Origin: Candidatus Obscuribacteraceae bacterium
Lineage (GTDB): Bacteria; Cyanobacteriota; Vampirovibrionia; Obscuribacterales; Obscuribacteraceae
Direction: 5' to 3'
Assembly (NCBI GenBank): GCA_044226015.1
Contig: JBGAHS010000005.1
Location: 224,001-288,000 of the forward strand
DNA length: 64,000 nucleotides
Part shown: piece after piece, positions 49,663 through 59,398 of the stretch
Position numbering within the stretch: position 1 is the stretch's first letter
Layout of the letters: the number at the start of each line of letters is the position of its first letter
Made by a program: the position numbers and the translations under genes
The notes under the pieces: model-generated
Told to the model about the DNA's origin: nothing
The model's input: only the letters and a program-made list of their open reading frames with translations
The model's database searches: none

Positions 49663-50065
49663 GTCTCAGGAAGTTAGAGAACTGCTTACTGAAGATGATG
49701 TGGGCACTCTGCGTTCATCTGTGAAGCGTGTAGTGTCACTGCTAAACTTTAGTCTGACCAATCAAACCAAAATTGTGACTGCTGCAAGCGAACTTGCCCG
49801 TAATACATTCGAACATGGAAAAGGCGGGCAGTGCACAATTCAGATTGTGGCAGGCTTTGATAATCGTACTGGCGTGAAACTAATTTTCGAGGACCACGGG
49901 CCAGGAATTCCTGATATCTCTCAGGCTATGGAAGATGGCTACACAACCTGCAATGGAATGGGGTTGGGTCTCGGTGGTAGCAAGCGCTTGATGGATGAGT
50001 TTAGCTTATCGTCAAATCCTGGAGATGGCACTACAGTTAGTATCACAAAATGGTTGGAAACCTGA
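49652..50065 (+). CDS. rsbT: Switch kinase RsbT, copy 1
   Basis: QTKIVTAASELARN, DHGPGI, GYTT..GMGLGLGGSKRLMDEF, GTTV..TKW. Confidence 0.93.
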   Translation: MQVKSQEVRELLTEDDVGTLRSSVKRVVSLLNFSLTNQTKIVTAASELARNTFEHGKGGQCTIQIVAGFDNRTGVKLIFEDHGPGIPDISQAMEDGYTTCNGMGLGLGGSKRLMDEFSLSSNPGDGTTVSITKWLET

Positions 50066-50088
50066 TACTTTGAGTTGATGGTGGCAAT

Positions 50089-50493
50089 ATGCAGATTTTG
50101 TCTCAGGAAATTTCCGAGGTCCACAGTGAGGATGATTTGATTCATCTGCGCGTGCAGGTCAAATCTCTACTCAAAGAAGCCGGATTTTCGCTAGTCAATC
50201 AGACTAAGCTCATGACTGTAGCCAGTGAGTTGGGCAGAAATCTGCTGATACATGGACTCGGAGGCACAGTAAAGCTTGAGTCGATAATCGAGGGCTTGCG
50301 CTCGGGTGTGCGATTCATTTTTGCCGACCTCGGTCCAGGTATTCTCGACCTTGACCAGGCCATGACAGACGGTTATACCAGTAAGAACGGTATGGGACTG
50401 GGCTTGGGTGGGTCGAAACGGTTGGTTGACGAGTTTAACATCAAAACAGCGCCAGGTTTTGGTACCACTATATCGGTGGTGAAGTGGCTATGA
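50089..50493 (+). CDS. rsbT: Switch kinase RsbT, copy 2
   Basis: QTKLMTVASELGRN, DLGPGI, GYTS..GMGLGLGGSKRLVDEF, GTTI..VKW. Confidence 0.92.
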   Translation: MQILSQEISEVHSEDDLIHLRVQVKSLLKEAGFSLVNQTKLMTVASELGRNLLIHGLGGTVKLESIIEGLRSGVRFIFADLGPGILDLDQAMTDGYTSKNGMGLGLGGSKRLVDEFNIKTAPGFGTTISVVKWL

Positions 50494-51554
50494 TAGTTCT
50501 TGAGCCAGTCTCGATAATCGAAGAGATGAGTCAGGTTAGCGAAGCCAAACGGCGAATTCACAAACTGACAAACGAACTAGCATTTTCTGAAGACGATGCC
50601 AATCGTGCTGCAATGGTGGTGCTTGAGCTTGGAACGAACCTTATCAAACATGCTCGTGGTGGCAAGCTTATTTTTCAAGTTTGGGAAATTCACGGAATGC
50701 AAGCTCTTGTGATTCTATCCATCGACTCTGGACCTGGTATCTTCGACTTGAACAAATGTCTTGAAGATGGCTTCTCTACTGCGGGGTCTTTGGGGTCTGG
50801 CTTAGGGGCTGTATTCAGAGCCTCACAATTTTTTGATGCGTATTCCATTGAAGGCAGCGGAAGTGTCGTTCTATCTATAATTTTGCCAACCAAGTTTCCG
50901 AAGGATACACCGATAGAAGAGCGGATGATATTCAAAGATGGAATTCCTAAGCGTCTCAAAGACGAGACTCAATTGATGTCGTTTGGTTCAATTCTCACTC
51001 CAAAACGGGAGGAACTTGTAATCGGTGATTCATGGGGGGTCTCTTGCAGTGAAATTTATCGCTCTCTTCTTGTTGTAGATGGTTTAGGGCACGGGTCTGA
51101 AGCCGCTGACGCTGCTGCAATTGCCCGAAGCAACTTTACAGAGCGCCCATTTCAAGCACCGAAAAATACTTTGCTTAGTTTGCATAAAGCTATGTCTGGT
51201 TCACGTGGTGGCGTCGCTGCACATGCTTTGATCGATCGCGAAGCCATGCGTTTGCATTTCGCGGGTTTGGGCAATATCAATGCATCTCTCATTTTGGCTG
51301 GCGGAAAGACTCGCCATCTTACCTCGCTAAACGGCACCCTCGGGTATGAGGCTAAGAAAATACAAGAGTTTGCCTACGAAATTTCTAGAGGTGATACTTT
51401 AATTATGCATTCAGATGGATGTTCAAGTCGCTGGAACTTACATAATTATCCGGAACTTTTGAGCAAACATCCCGCCATTATTTGTGGCGTATTGTACAAA
51501 GACTTCGCTAAAGACTTTGACGATGTGACTATTTGCTGCTTGAGGTGCTCTTGA
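50484..51554 (+). CDS. RsbT-like HATPase fused to a PP2C/SpoIIE phosphatase (RsbX-like)
   Basis: ELGTNLIKHA, DSGPG, GSLGSGLG, then GD, VDGLGHG, HSDG, DDVT. Confidence 0.9.
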   Translation: MAMIVLEPVSIIEEMSQVSEAKRRIHKLTNELAFSEDDANRAAMVVLELGTNLIKHARGGKLIFQVWEIHGMQALVILSIDSGPGIFDLNKCLEDGFSTAGSLGSGLGAVFRASQFFDAYSIEGSGSVVLSIILPTKFPKDTPIEERMIFKDGIPKRLKDETQLMSFGSILTPKREELVIGDSWGVSCSEIYRSLLVVDGLGHGSEAADAAAIARSNFTERPFQAPKNTLLSLHKAMSGSRGGVAAHALIDREAMRLHFAGLGNINASLILAGGKTRHLTSLNGTLGYEAKKIQEFAYEISRGDTLIMHSDGCSSRWNLHNYPELLSKHPAIICGVLYKDFAKDFDDVTICCLRCS

Positions 51555-52960
51555 TGCCAGTTAAACAAGGTATTTTTCTTTCAATGCCACTGGCAACAGA
51601 GAGCGACGTTATACTGGTGCGGCGAAGAAGTCGCCAAATTTCGGTCTTAGTAGGGTTTGAAGTTTCAAATCAAACGAGAATTGCAACAGCGGTATCAGAA
51701 GCTGCTCGATTTCTATTTTCCAATGACATAGCGGGAAAAGTTGACTTTGTGCTTCAGCACGTCCATGCTGGGCTATTGGTTGAAGTCACAGGTAGGCCTA
51801 AAAATCCTGAGCAGGCTGTCGATCTGCAGCGGCTCGAATGTGATGAAATACTTGCCGCCAAGAATTTGGTTGACAAGCTTGAGATCGTGGCGATGGGTGA
51901 CAGCATCAAAGTTTCCATTTTCAAGACTCTTCCTAACAGAGTTTTGCCCTTCTCAAACACAGAAATTGAAAAACTAAGCAATGAACTGGCGAAGATAGTT
52001 CATGACTCATTGCTCGATGAGATTCATGGTCACAATCAGGAGTTGATTAACTCGCTTGATGAGCTAGAGGCTAATCAAAGACAACTCGACCAGGCGATGA
52101 AAGCTCTAGAAAACCAGAACGAAATGCTTGCACAACTCAACCAAGAAATCAGGCAGCTTAATGCCGACCTGGAAAGTAAGGTGTTGCAGCGAACAAATGA
52201 ACTTGAAAAAGTGAATAAGGAACTTGTAAAAGCAAGAGATGAAGCGCTTCTCGCATCTCAACTCAAAACGCAATTCGTTGCAAATGTGAGTCATGAAATT
52301 CGTACACCGCTCTGCGGCATTGTAGGCTTGAGTGAAATTCTCTCACTTGGTGGCAATGACCCAGAGGCGACCCAGGAAATGGCAAAAACCATTTATACAT
52401 CAAGTCAGCAGCTGATTTCGGTGGTGAATCAGTTACTCGACTTTTCCAAACTGCAAGCATCTAAAACTGAGCTGCAAGAGTCGGTTTTTAAACTTACAGA
52501 AGTAATGGATGAGGCTCTTTTGAATATCACCAATGAACTGGCGAGTAAGCAAATGAAGGCAGACTCGCAGTGTTCGAATGAGCTGAGTTCTTCATATCGT
52601 GGTGACAAGGAAAAACTGAAGCAGATACTTACCAATTTCCTGCATAATGCGGTTAAGTTCAGTGATGATGGTCAGGTTGAGCTGCGAGCTAATTTGTTTC
52701 GATCGACAGCCGGCAAAGACTTCATCCGCTTTGATATCGTTGATAACGGTATAGGAATTACCGAACTAGGAATGGAGCGTTTGTTTCAGCCCTTTGTGCA
52801 GGTTGATGGTTCAAACACCCGAAAATATGGTGGCACAGGTTTGGGGCTTTCGCTTGCGAAAGGATTGGCTGAATTGATGGGCGGAACAGTCGGTTGCGAG
52901 AGCGAAGAAGGTTCTGGCTCTAGGTTTTGGACTGTACTGCCTTTCGAGCGTGTTAGATAG
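51554..52960 (+). CDS. Histidine kinase with N-terminal RsbT-like domain (stressosome output)
   Basis: QTRIATAVSEAAR N-terminal domain, coiled coil, FVANVSHEIRTPL, NAVKF, DNGIG, GGTGLGL. Confidence 0.93.
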   Translation: MPVKQGIFLSMPLATESDVILVRRRSRQISVLVGFEVSNQTRIATAVSEAARFLFSNDIAGKVDFVLQHVHAGLLVEVTGRPKNPEQAVDLQRLECDEILAAKNLVDKLEIVAMGDSIKVSIFKTLPNRVLPFSNTEIEKLSNELAKIVHDSLLDEIHGHNQELINSLDELEANQRQLDQAMKALENQNEMLAQLNQEIRQLNADLESKVLQRTNELEKVNKELVKARDEALLASQLKTQFVANVSHEIRTPLCGIVGLSEILSLGGNDPEATQEMAKTIYTSSQQLISVVNQLLDFSKLQASKTELQESVFKLTEVMDEALLNITNELASKQMKADSQCSNELSSSYRGDKEKLKQILTNFLHNAVKFSDDGQVELRANLFRSTAGKDFIRFDIVDNGIGITELGMERLFQPFVQVDGSNTRKYGGTGLGLSLAKGLAELMGGTVGCESEEGSGSRFWTVLPFERVR

Positions 52961-52982
52961 AACAGTGCGCATAATTTTCGAA

Positions 52983-53021
52983 GGCAACATCCTGCTGACT
53001 GGAGCGCAGCATCCTGCTGGC
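52983..53021. repeat. REP-like element, two degenerate copies
   Basis: GGCAACATCCTGCTGAC and GGAGCGCAGCATCCTGCTGGC. Confidence 0.65.
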
Positions 53022-53047
53022 TGGCTCTCGAATCGAAGGAGCCAGCT

Positions 53048-53782
53048 CTACTTGTCGCTTTTCAAAAACTTCTCTGTCTGTTCAGCAACACGTGAATAGT
53101 AGTCTAGAATCGTGGTGCCTGGCTTTGGCATCGGACGAAATGGTTCGCCAGTTCCAAACGGATTTTTGATAAGTGTCGCTTCTTTCACTTGTTGCTCGAA
53201 TGAACTCAACTGCTTATCTAGCCTGATCAGGTCTGTCGGTGACATGCTATTTCGTACTTCGGTGGTCAATTTTTTTTCTGTGTCCTTCACACGTTGATCT
53301 AATTCTGTGTGCATCGGTGTGTCTGGACGCTTCGGATAAGGAGGTGGTGGCAGCATGGTGCTGGCCATCCAGGCTAATTCAGCTGCTTTGTATGCTGCCA
53401 GCGCTTTATCTTCAGCTTCGAAGCTCTTTTTCTCATCAGCTGTCATTTTGTCTTTGACATGATTGCGAATTTTGTCGTCGAGTGATTCATCTTTGACAAA
53501 TGCATGTTTGACACTGTGCCAGAGACCACTAAGTGAGCCTTCGCTGTGATATGGTGCTTCTTGCTTGAAGCCTGAAAAATCTACCTGTGGCAGGGACAAC
53601 TTCAAGTCTTTACCGAGTTGTTCAGCAAGTCGCTGTCCTGCAAAGCCTGCTGTGGCACCCAAAATTGCGGACTTGCCAAAGTTGTTTGCTTCTTCTAAAA
53701 GTCTCGCTCCGACATTCTGTGAGTCTGCTTCACCTGTCTCGGAGACCTTTCTGTGCGCATTTTCAAAATTTGTTTGACCCAT
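53048..53782 (-). CDS. Hypothetical protein
   Basis: 244 aa, no signal peptide; internal two-fold similarity (DKIRNHVKDKMTADE..Pro-rich / KLTTEVRNSMSPTD..Pro-rich). Confidence 0.75.
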   Translation of the reverse strand: MGQTNFENAHRKVSETGEADSQNVGARLLEEANNFGKSAILGATAGFAGQRLAEQLGKDLKLSLPQVDFSGFKQEAPYHSEGSLSGLWHSVKHAFVKDESLDDKIRNHVKDKMTADEKKSFEAEDKALAAYKAAELAWMASTMLPPPPYPKRPDTPMHTELDQRVKDTEKKLTTEVRNSMSPTDLIRLDKQLSSFEQQVKEATLIKNPFGTGEPFRPMPKPGTTILDYYSRVAEQTEKFLKSDK

Positions 53783-54188
53783 TTTCTCTACCCAATCATA
53801 TGGCTCTCAATTTTGTTGAGGTCAAGTTCAGCACGATACCCCTTCGAACTAAACTGACGTAATCTCAACCCTGTGATCGAATGTACCTGTCAAGGGGATC
53901 TTTTCGACACGAATTCTGAGATTTAATTTAAGACCATGGGAATGCTGCAAACGTAGTACTCACAAGCTTAAGCGCTAGCGGAACTTGCCTCTGTCGCGGA
54001 GAAATGCTGTCGAAAATTGTCTGGCCCAGGCTTATGTATGTAGGTTTGAAGTTCCGGGCAAATTCCAATAATTTTGACAGTTTGCTACTTGCTGCTCAAG
54101 TACCACCACCAGCCTTCAATGTTTCCCTTCTATGGACAGATTGGTTTGAGGGCAAGAACAATCGACGGTCAGTAAGCTTTGCGCCTTG

Positions 54189-57164
54189 TTATTCCCGGTG
54201 ATCTAATTCAGTCAGGACTGCAAGGAAAATGTCGACGAGGAAGGGGTCGAACTGACTGCCAGCTTGACTCTTCAGTACCCTTCTTGCTTTCTCTGTCGTC
54301 ATCGCTGGGCGGTAGGGGCGGTCACTTATCATTGCGTGGTAGGCCTCTACAATCGCTACAATGCGTGCCGCAAGCGGTATATTGTCCCCGCTCAGTCCTC
54401 GTGGGTAGCCTGTTCCGTCCCAACACTCATGATGGTGTTCGAGGATGTCGCAGATCTCTTTTAGCGCGGGCACCGAACGTAGCATTTCTGCACCAAGAGT
54501 GGGGTGCTGCATCAGCAGCTTCAACTCTTCTGCTGTGACCTGTCCCTTCTTATTGATGATGTCTTCGGGCACGTGCAATAAACCTACGTCGTGCAACAAG
54601 CTGGCGACGCGTATTTGCTCTACCTGCTTGGCAGATAGTCCCAATACCTTAGCCACCATTTCTGCGAAGCGAGCGGTTTCCAGATGGTGCACTTTGTTGT
54701 ATTCCGATTTTGAATACAAAGCACCAGCCATTTTCTTAACTGTTTCGACCACTTCCGGTACCAAAAGGCTGTTTTCTTCATGCTGAGGAGCCGTCGTTGG
54801 CAGTGGTTTGCTTAACGGTTTTCCTTGTGGCATGGAAGGCATCTTTGGAGGAGTCGGCACGCCCGCTGCCGATTCCGTTGCCGGTTCTGTTTCGTTTGAA
54901 TGTGCTGTTTGCTCGGTAGTTGTTTGAGTTTCAGCACTGCTTTCCGCACCATCTTTGGTGTCAGCTGGCTTCGCTGGGGCTTGCGATTCGGTTCTCTGAA
55001 TATCGCGGAATTTTAATTCCGAGGCAATATGTACCTGGTTTCGACCCATTCGTTTTGACATGTATAGGGCTTTGTCAGCTAGCTCTAAAAGCTGGTGCTG
55101 ATTGTCGGCATCATCTGGGTAGCAAGCTACTCCAAGTGAAGCTGCTACCTTCAGGTTAATATTCTCGTGCGTGATTTCTTCTTTGTTTAGAGTCTTGCGC
55201 AATCTTTCGGCAACGACTCTGGCGCCTTCGATGCTGACTTCGGGAAGTACAATCAAGAATTCTTCACCGCCATAACGTACAGGTATGTCTACATCACGGC
55301 AATCACGTTTGATTATGTGTGCCACCGTTCGTAATACCGTATCACCGACAGGGTGTCCGTATGTATCATTAATTGACTTGAAATGGTCAACGTCGAGCAT
55401 GACTGCGCAGACATTTCTTCCATAACGTTCAGCCAGCTTAAGTTGCTCTGCCAGCTTTTCCTGTCCAGTGCGATGATTGAATAGTGTGGTCAAACCATCT
55501 GTCGTAGCCTGTCTTTCAACACGGCGATAAAGTCTGGCTGTCATCACTGCGGTTGATAGTTGATCTGCTACTTGTCTCAAGAAATTCTGGTTGTCCATGC
55601 TCCAGATTTGGTCTGATTCGCATTTGTGACCACCGAGAATTCCTTGCAGTTTTCCTTCATAAGTAATCGGCAAATAGAACAATGAGTAAATATGGTAATT
55701 AGACAACACATCTTTTCTGAATGGCTCAGCTTTCTTTTCCCTCAAAACGTCACTGATGAATACGTCATCGTTGCAGTGCGTCTTGAATATGTCGAGAATG
55801 ATTTGATCTCTGTCTTTGTCCATCAAACTGTAGGATGGATCAGAGCAGTATTCCTGTCGTATAGCATCTGAAGGATGTTCAACGTCGTCTGACGGCAAAA
55901 TGACGAAGCAACAATCGAGGTGAACCCAACCAGCTAATTCCTCTAACATCTGAGAGATGTTTTCTTCGATATGGAATGAGCGTCTCAGTGTATTTGAAAT
56001 TCGATGAAGGAGATTGTCCTGGCTGCGTCTTATTTCTGCTTCACGCTGCTTTTGCGCTAGTTCAGTCGACTTCATTTCTAGTTCTTCGTAAGTTCGAGAT
56101 ATCTTCTCGTTAGCCTCGCGAGACTTTTCGCTGACTTGCTCAAGCCGCTTTGTGTAATCTTCCATCAGCTTGAGTTGCATAGCGAGTTCGCGTTCAGTTT
56201 TTTTCACCCGCAACAAAGTTCTTACTCTGGCGAGCAATTCAGCATCAACACAATTCTCATCAACACAATCGTCAACGCCACCAGAGAGACATTCAAGTCG
56301 GCTCACGGTGCCTGTTTCAGTAGTTACGGCAACTAGAGAAATATACTTTGTTTCTGCATTTTCTTTCAATGCATGGTAGACAGCACCACCATCGGACATT
56401 TTCATTTCGGCATCTAGAACAACGGCATCAGCCGGAGTTTTGTGTACCGATTCAAGAAATTTCTTGGCATCATCAAACTCGGTAACCCGGTAGCTTGATT
56501 GCAAAGTTCGGGAGAGGCGACGTCTCACTACTCGGTTGGAGTGGACAACCCCTACATGTTTTAAATCGAAATCCTGAAGACTGGCATCCTTATCCTGTGT
56601 CTTCATTACCTGAACTGCTACTGAGTGCAAGCGTGAAGATAGGTGTTGACCAACAATCTTCAATGTCTGCATGTCCTCGACCGAAATTTCGCGAGTTTCA
56701 TCGAACGAAACCAGACGGAGCACGCCTTTAACAATCCATCGATTGTCGTAGCCTTCCACAATAGGCACTATCACATACGGAAAGTCGCCTGAATCGCTGC
56801 TTCCCACACTCTTCTTGATTTTGCAGGTTCCGATGTGCGAGAACTGCGTACTTACTACTTCCTTTGCAGCTCTAGAATTGGCGTCGCTGAGCGGGTCACC
56901 GCTGCCATCTTCAAGCGCATCTATCGACACCTCTTGCTGCTCATCTGGCTCGTCAATTGTGAAAGTCAACAACTTGACCAAGCCATCGGGTCTCAGTATG
57001 TCGATTATTCCAATGTCAAAACCGAGGATGTGGCACAAATGCCTTCTTACGGCATCAAGTTCTTGAACGGGATCAACCGCGCCCTTTTGCTCGGTTGAAG
57101 CGTCACCCTGTCCAAACTCTGAGGGATCTGTATTTTGGGAGCTTGTCACTTCTGCAAATTCCAA
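54189..57164 (-). CDS. GAF-REC-GAF-GGDEF-HD-GYP cyclic-di-GMP enzyme
   Basis: TDGLTTLFN, DVDHFKSINDTYGH, RDVD I-site, RYGGEEF; LHDVG, HHECWDGTGYP, IPLAARI. Confidence 0.93.
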   Translation of the reverse strand: MEFAEVTSSQNTDPSEFGQGDASTEQKGAVDPVQELDAVRRHLCHILGFDIGIIDILRPDGLVKLLTFTIDEPDEQQEVSIDALEDGSGDPLSDANSRAAKEVVSTQFSHIGTCKIKKSVGSSDSGDFPYVIVPIVEGYDNRWIVKGVLRLVSFDETREISVEDMQTLKIVGQHLSSRLHSVAVQVMKTQDKDASLQDFDLKHVGVVHSNRVVRRRLSRTLQSSYRVTEFDDAKKFLESVHKTPADAVVLDAEMKMSDGGAVYHALKENAETKYISLVAVTTETGTVSRLECLSGGVDDCVDENCVDAELLARVRTLLRVKKTERELAMQLKLMEDYTKRLEQVSEKSREANEKISRTYEELEMKSTELAQKQREAEIRRSQDNLLHRISNTLRRSFHIEENISQMLEELAGWVHLDCCFVILPSDDVEHPSDAIRQEYCSDPSYSLMDKDRDQIILDIFKTHCNDDVFISDVLREKKAEPFRKDVLSNYHIYSLFYLPITYEGKLQGILGGHKCESDQIWSMDNQNFLRQVADQLSTAVMTARLYRRVERQATTDGLTTLFNHRTGQEKLAEQLKLAERYGRNVCAVMLDVDHFKSINDTYGHPVGDTVLRTVAHIIKRDCRDVDIPVRYGGEEFLIVLPEVSIEGARVVAERLRKTLNKEEITHENINLKVAASLGVACYPDDADNQHQLLELADKALYMSKRMGRNQVHIASELKFRDIQRTESQAPAKPADTKDGAESSAETQTTTEQTAHSNETEPATESAAGVPTPPKMPSMPQGKPLSKPLPTTAPQHEENSLLVPEVVETVKKMAGALYSKSEYNKVHHLETARFAEMVAKVLGLSAKQVEQIRVASLLHDVGLLHVPEDIINKKGQVTAEELKLLMQHPTLGAEMLRSVPALKEICDILEHHHECWDGTGYPRGLSGDNIPLAARIVAIVEAYHAMISDRPYRPAMTTEKARRVLKSQAGSQFDPFLVDIFLAVLTELDHRE

Positions 57165-57241
57165 TCGGACTTAGTAAGGCTGCTAGCAAGCCGCTATATC
57201 TCGCCACCATTGAGTTTAGCAGAAATTTCAGGGGTTGTGTT

Positions 57242-59125
57242 CTAGGCCAAAAATTTGCGCCACCACCATTGAAACATGAACAAAGTCCAGAGCTGTTTTC
57301 GGCGATCAAAGCGACCTGTTTCATGTTCTTCCAATAGCCGATGGATATATTCCCACTCAAAAATGCCCTGTTTCTTCACGAAACTTTCTGACAACAATTC
57401 GTCAACAAGAGGCTTGAATTCTTGTCTCAACCATTTGGCAACCGGAATGCCGAAGCCCTTCTTCGGGCGTTTCAATATTGATTCTGGCAGCAGAGGGGCC
57501 ACTGCTTTTTTCAGCAGATATTTGGTCGTCATACCTTTTACTTTGTATGAGCTTGGCTGAGATAGCGCAAATTCAACCAGAGGGTAGGCAAGGAATGGCA
57601 AACGCACTTCCAGAGATGCTGCCATAGACGAGCGGTCTGACTTGACCAGCAAATCATCGGGCAAGTAAGTGATCATGTCCACATTCATGATGTGAGAAAC
57701 AACGTCATCTTCGTTCAGGTTGGCTGTTCTCAGGACATCTGGCAGAATGTCTTCTTGCTTGGTCAGTGTGAGGACGCTGCTTTTCACCAGTTGCTTTTGC
57801 TCAGCCAGAGGCAGTGAGCCCATCCAGCTGAGGTGGCGATCGACAGGTGATTGATTCGCTGATTCGATGAAGCGTTTTGCTTTGTAATCGAAGCTCAGAT
57901 TATTCATGGACACAGGCAAGCTGCGGATTGCAGGCTCAATCAAATTTGCGCGCAATGCGTGCGGAACACGGCGCCAGACGCCTGCAAGTTTGTGTGCCTG
58001 GTAGGTCGGGTAGCCGCCAAATAGCTCGTCGCCTCCTTCTCCGGCAAGTGCTACTTTTACTGTCTCGCGAGTCATCTTTGAAAGGAAGAATGTCGGAACG
58101 ACCGATGCATCTGCTATTGGCTCATCAAGGTAATCCCAGAGTTCTTCCAGAGTTGAGCGAGCAACATTTGGAGAAAACCAGGCAAGATGATGTTCGCTGC
58201 CAACGTGCTTTGCGACTAATTCTGCGTGGCTTGATTCATCAAATGATGAGTCGCCAAAACCTATAGAGAACGTTTTGAGTTTGCCTGGACTGACTTTGCT
58301 CGCAAGTGCCGCGATTGAGGATGAGTCAATTCCGCCGGAGAGGAACACACCAACAGGCACGTCTGCTATCAGTCGCAGCTTGGTTGATTCTTGCAAAAGG
58401 TCAACCAGCTTCTCTGCTGCTTCCTGTTCAGACAGTTTTTCCTTGGAAACTTTCGGTGTCCAGTAGCATACCGTTTTGAAATGCCCGTCTTCGACTAGCA
58501 AGAAATGAGCTGGCATTAGCTTGCGAATGCCTTCAAAAATCGAGAGCGGCGCTGGAACGTATTCGAGTGCGAGATACTTCTGAAGAGCCTCTCTACAGAG
58601 CTCGCGTTTTGAATGTGGGTGAGCAAGAATGCCTTTCAGCTCTGAGCCGTAAATCAGTTGACCATTGAAAACGCCGTAATGCAGGGGCTTTTCGCCCATG
58701 CGGTCACGAGCGATGATCAGTCGCTTTTTGTTCGAGTCCCAAATCGAGAAGGCAAACATGCCCTCGAGGTACTGCAAACAGTCAACGCCGAATTCTTCGT
58801 AGAGGTGTACGATGATTTCGGTGTCCGAAGTCGTTTTGAGTTTGTGACCCTTGTCTACGACAATTTTGCTCAGGTCTTGATAATTATAGATTTCGCCGTT
58901 GAAGACAATCCAGATGGTTCCATCTTCGTTGCAAATGGGTTGGTGTCCGGTCGATAAGTCGATGATGGATAAACGGGTCATGCCCATGGCGACTGGACCA
59001 GTCACCAACTCGCCCGCGTCGTCAGGACCGCGGTGGTGAATGCTATGACACATAGCTGGGAGATAATTCTCTGCCGGGTTTATCTCTTGCCCGTTCAGGT
59101 TAATATAGCCAACAATCCCACACAT
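57242..59125 (-). CDS. asnB: Asparagine synthase (glutamine-hydrolysing) family amidotransferase
   Basis: MCGIVG, HRGPD, RLSIID, NGEIYN, LSGGIDSS, GEGGDELFGGY, EVRLPFL. Confidence 0.95.
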   Translation of the reverse strand: MCGIVGYINLNGQEINPAENYLPAMCHSIHHRGPDDAGELVTGPVAMGMTRLSIIDLSTGHQPICNEDGTIWIVFNGEIYNYQDLSKIVVDKGHKLKTTSDTEIIVHLYEEFGVDCLQYLEGMFAFSIWDSNKKRLIIARDRMGEKPLHYGVFNGQLIYGSELKGILAHPHSKRELCREALQKYLALEYVPAPLSIFEGIRKLMPAHFLLVEDGHFKTVCYWTPKVSKEKLSEQEAAEKLVDLLQESTKLRLIADVPVGVFLSGGIDSSSIAALASKVSPGKLKTFSIGFGDSSFDESSHAELVAKHVGSEHHLAWFSPNVARSTLEELWDYLDEPIADASVVPTFFLSKMTRETVKVALAGEGGDELFGGYPTYQAHKLAGVWRRVPHALRANLIEPAIRSLPVSMNNLSFDYKAKRFIESANQSPVDRHLSWMGSLPLAEQKQLVKSSVLTLTKQEDILPDVLRTANLNEDDVVSHIMNVDMITYLPDDLLVKSDRSSMAASLEVRLPFLAYPLVEFALSQPSSYKVKGMTTKYLLKKAVAPLLPESILKRPKKGFGIPVAKWLRQEFKPLVDELLSESFVKKQGIFEWEYIHRLLEEHETGRFDRRKQLWTLFMFQWWWRKFLA

Positions 59126-59398
59126 ATAGTGCCTCCAGATATATTCTGCTGTTGATCACTCATCGGCGACTGGCTTAAGAAGTGCCCGCAGCTCATATCT
59201 AATTTTCCGCGTTTCTTCGAAACTAGCATTAGAACAATACAAGACGAGCGATATGCAAAAAGCTGGTATTCTCGTAGTTGCTTAATGGCGGGCTTCTTGG
59301 GGATCGGGCTTGTGTTACAAAGATATTCTTTTTAGGTTGCTGCGCAGGGCTAGCTCAATTTCCGAGGGATTAAACGTGCGATTACGGATGTCAAGCTT

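Noticed and set aside
57242..59125. Lasso peptide cyclase or RiPP cluster
   Set aside because: Intact N-terminal Cys glutaminase domain typical of AsnB; no B1/B2 proteins or precursor gene adjacent.
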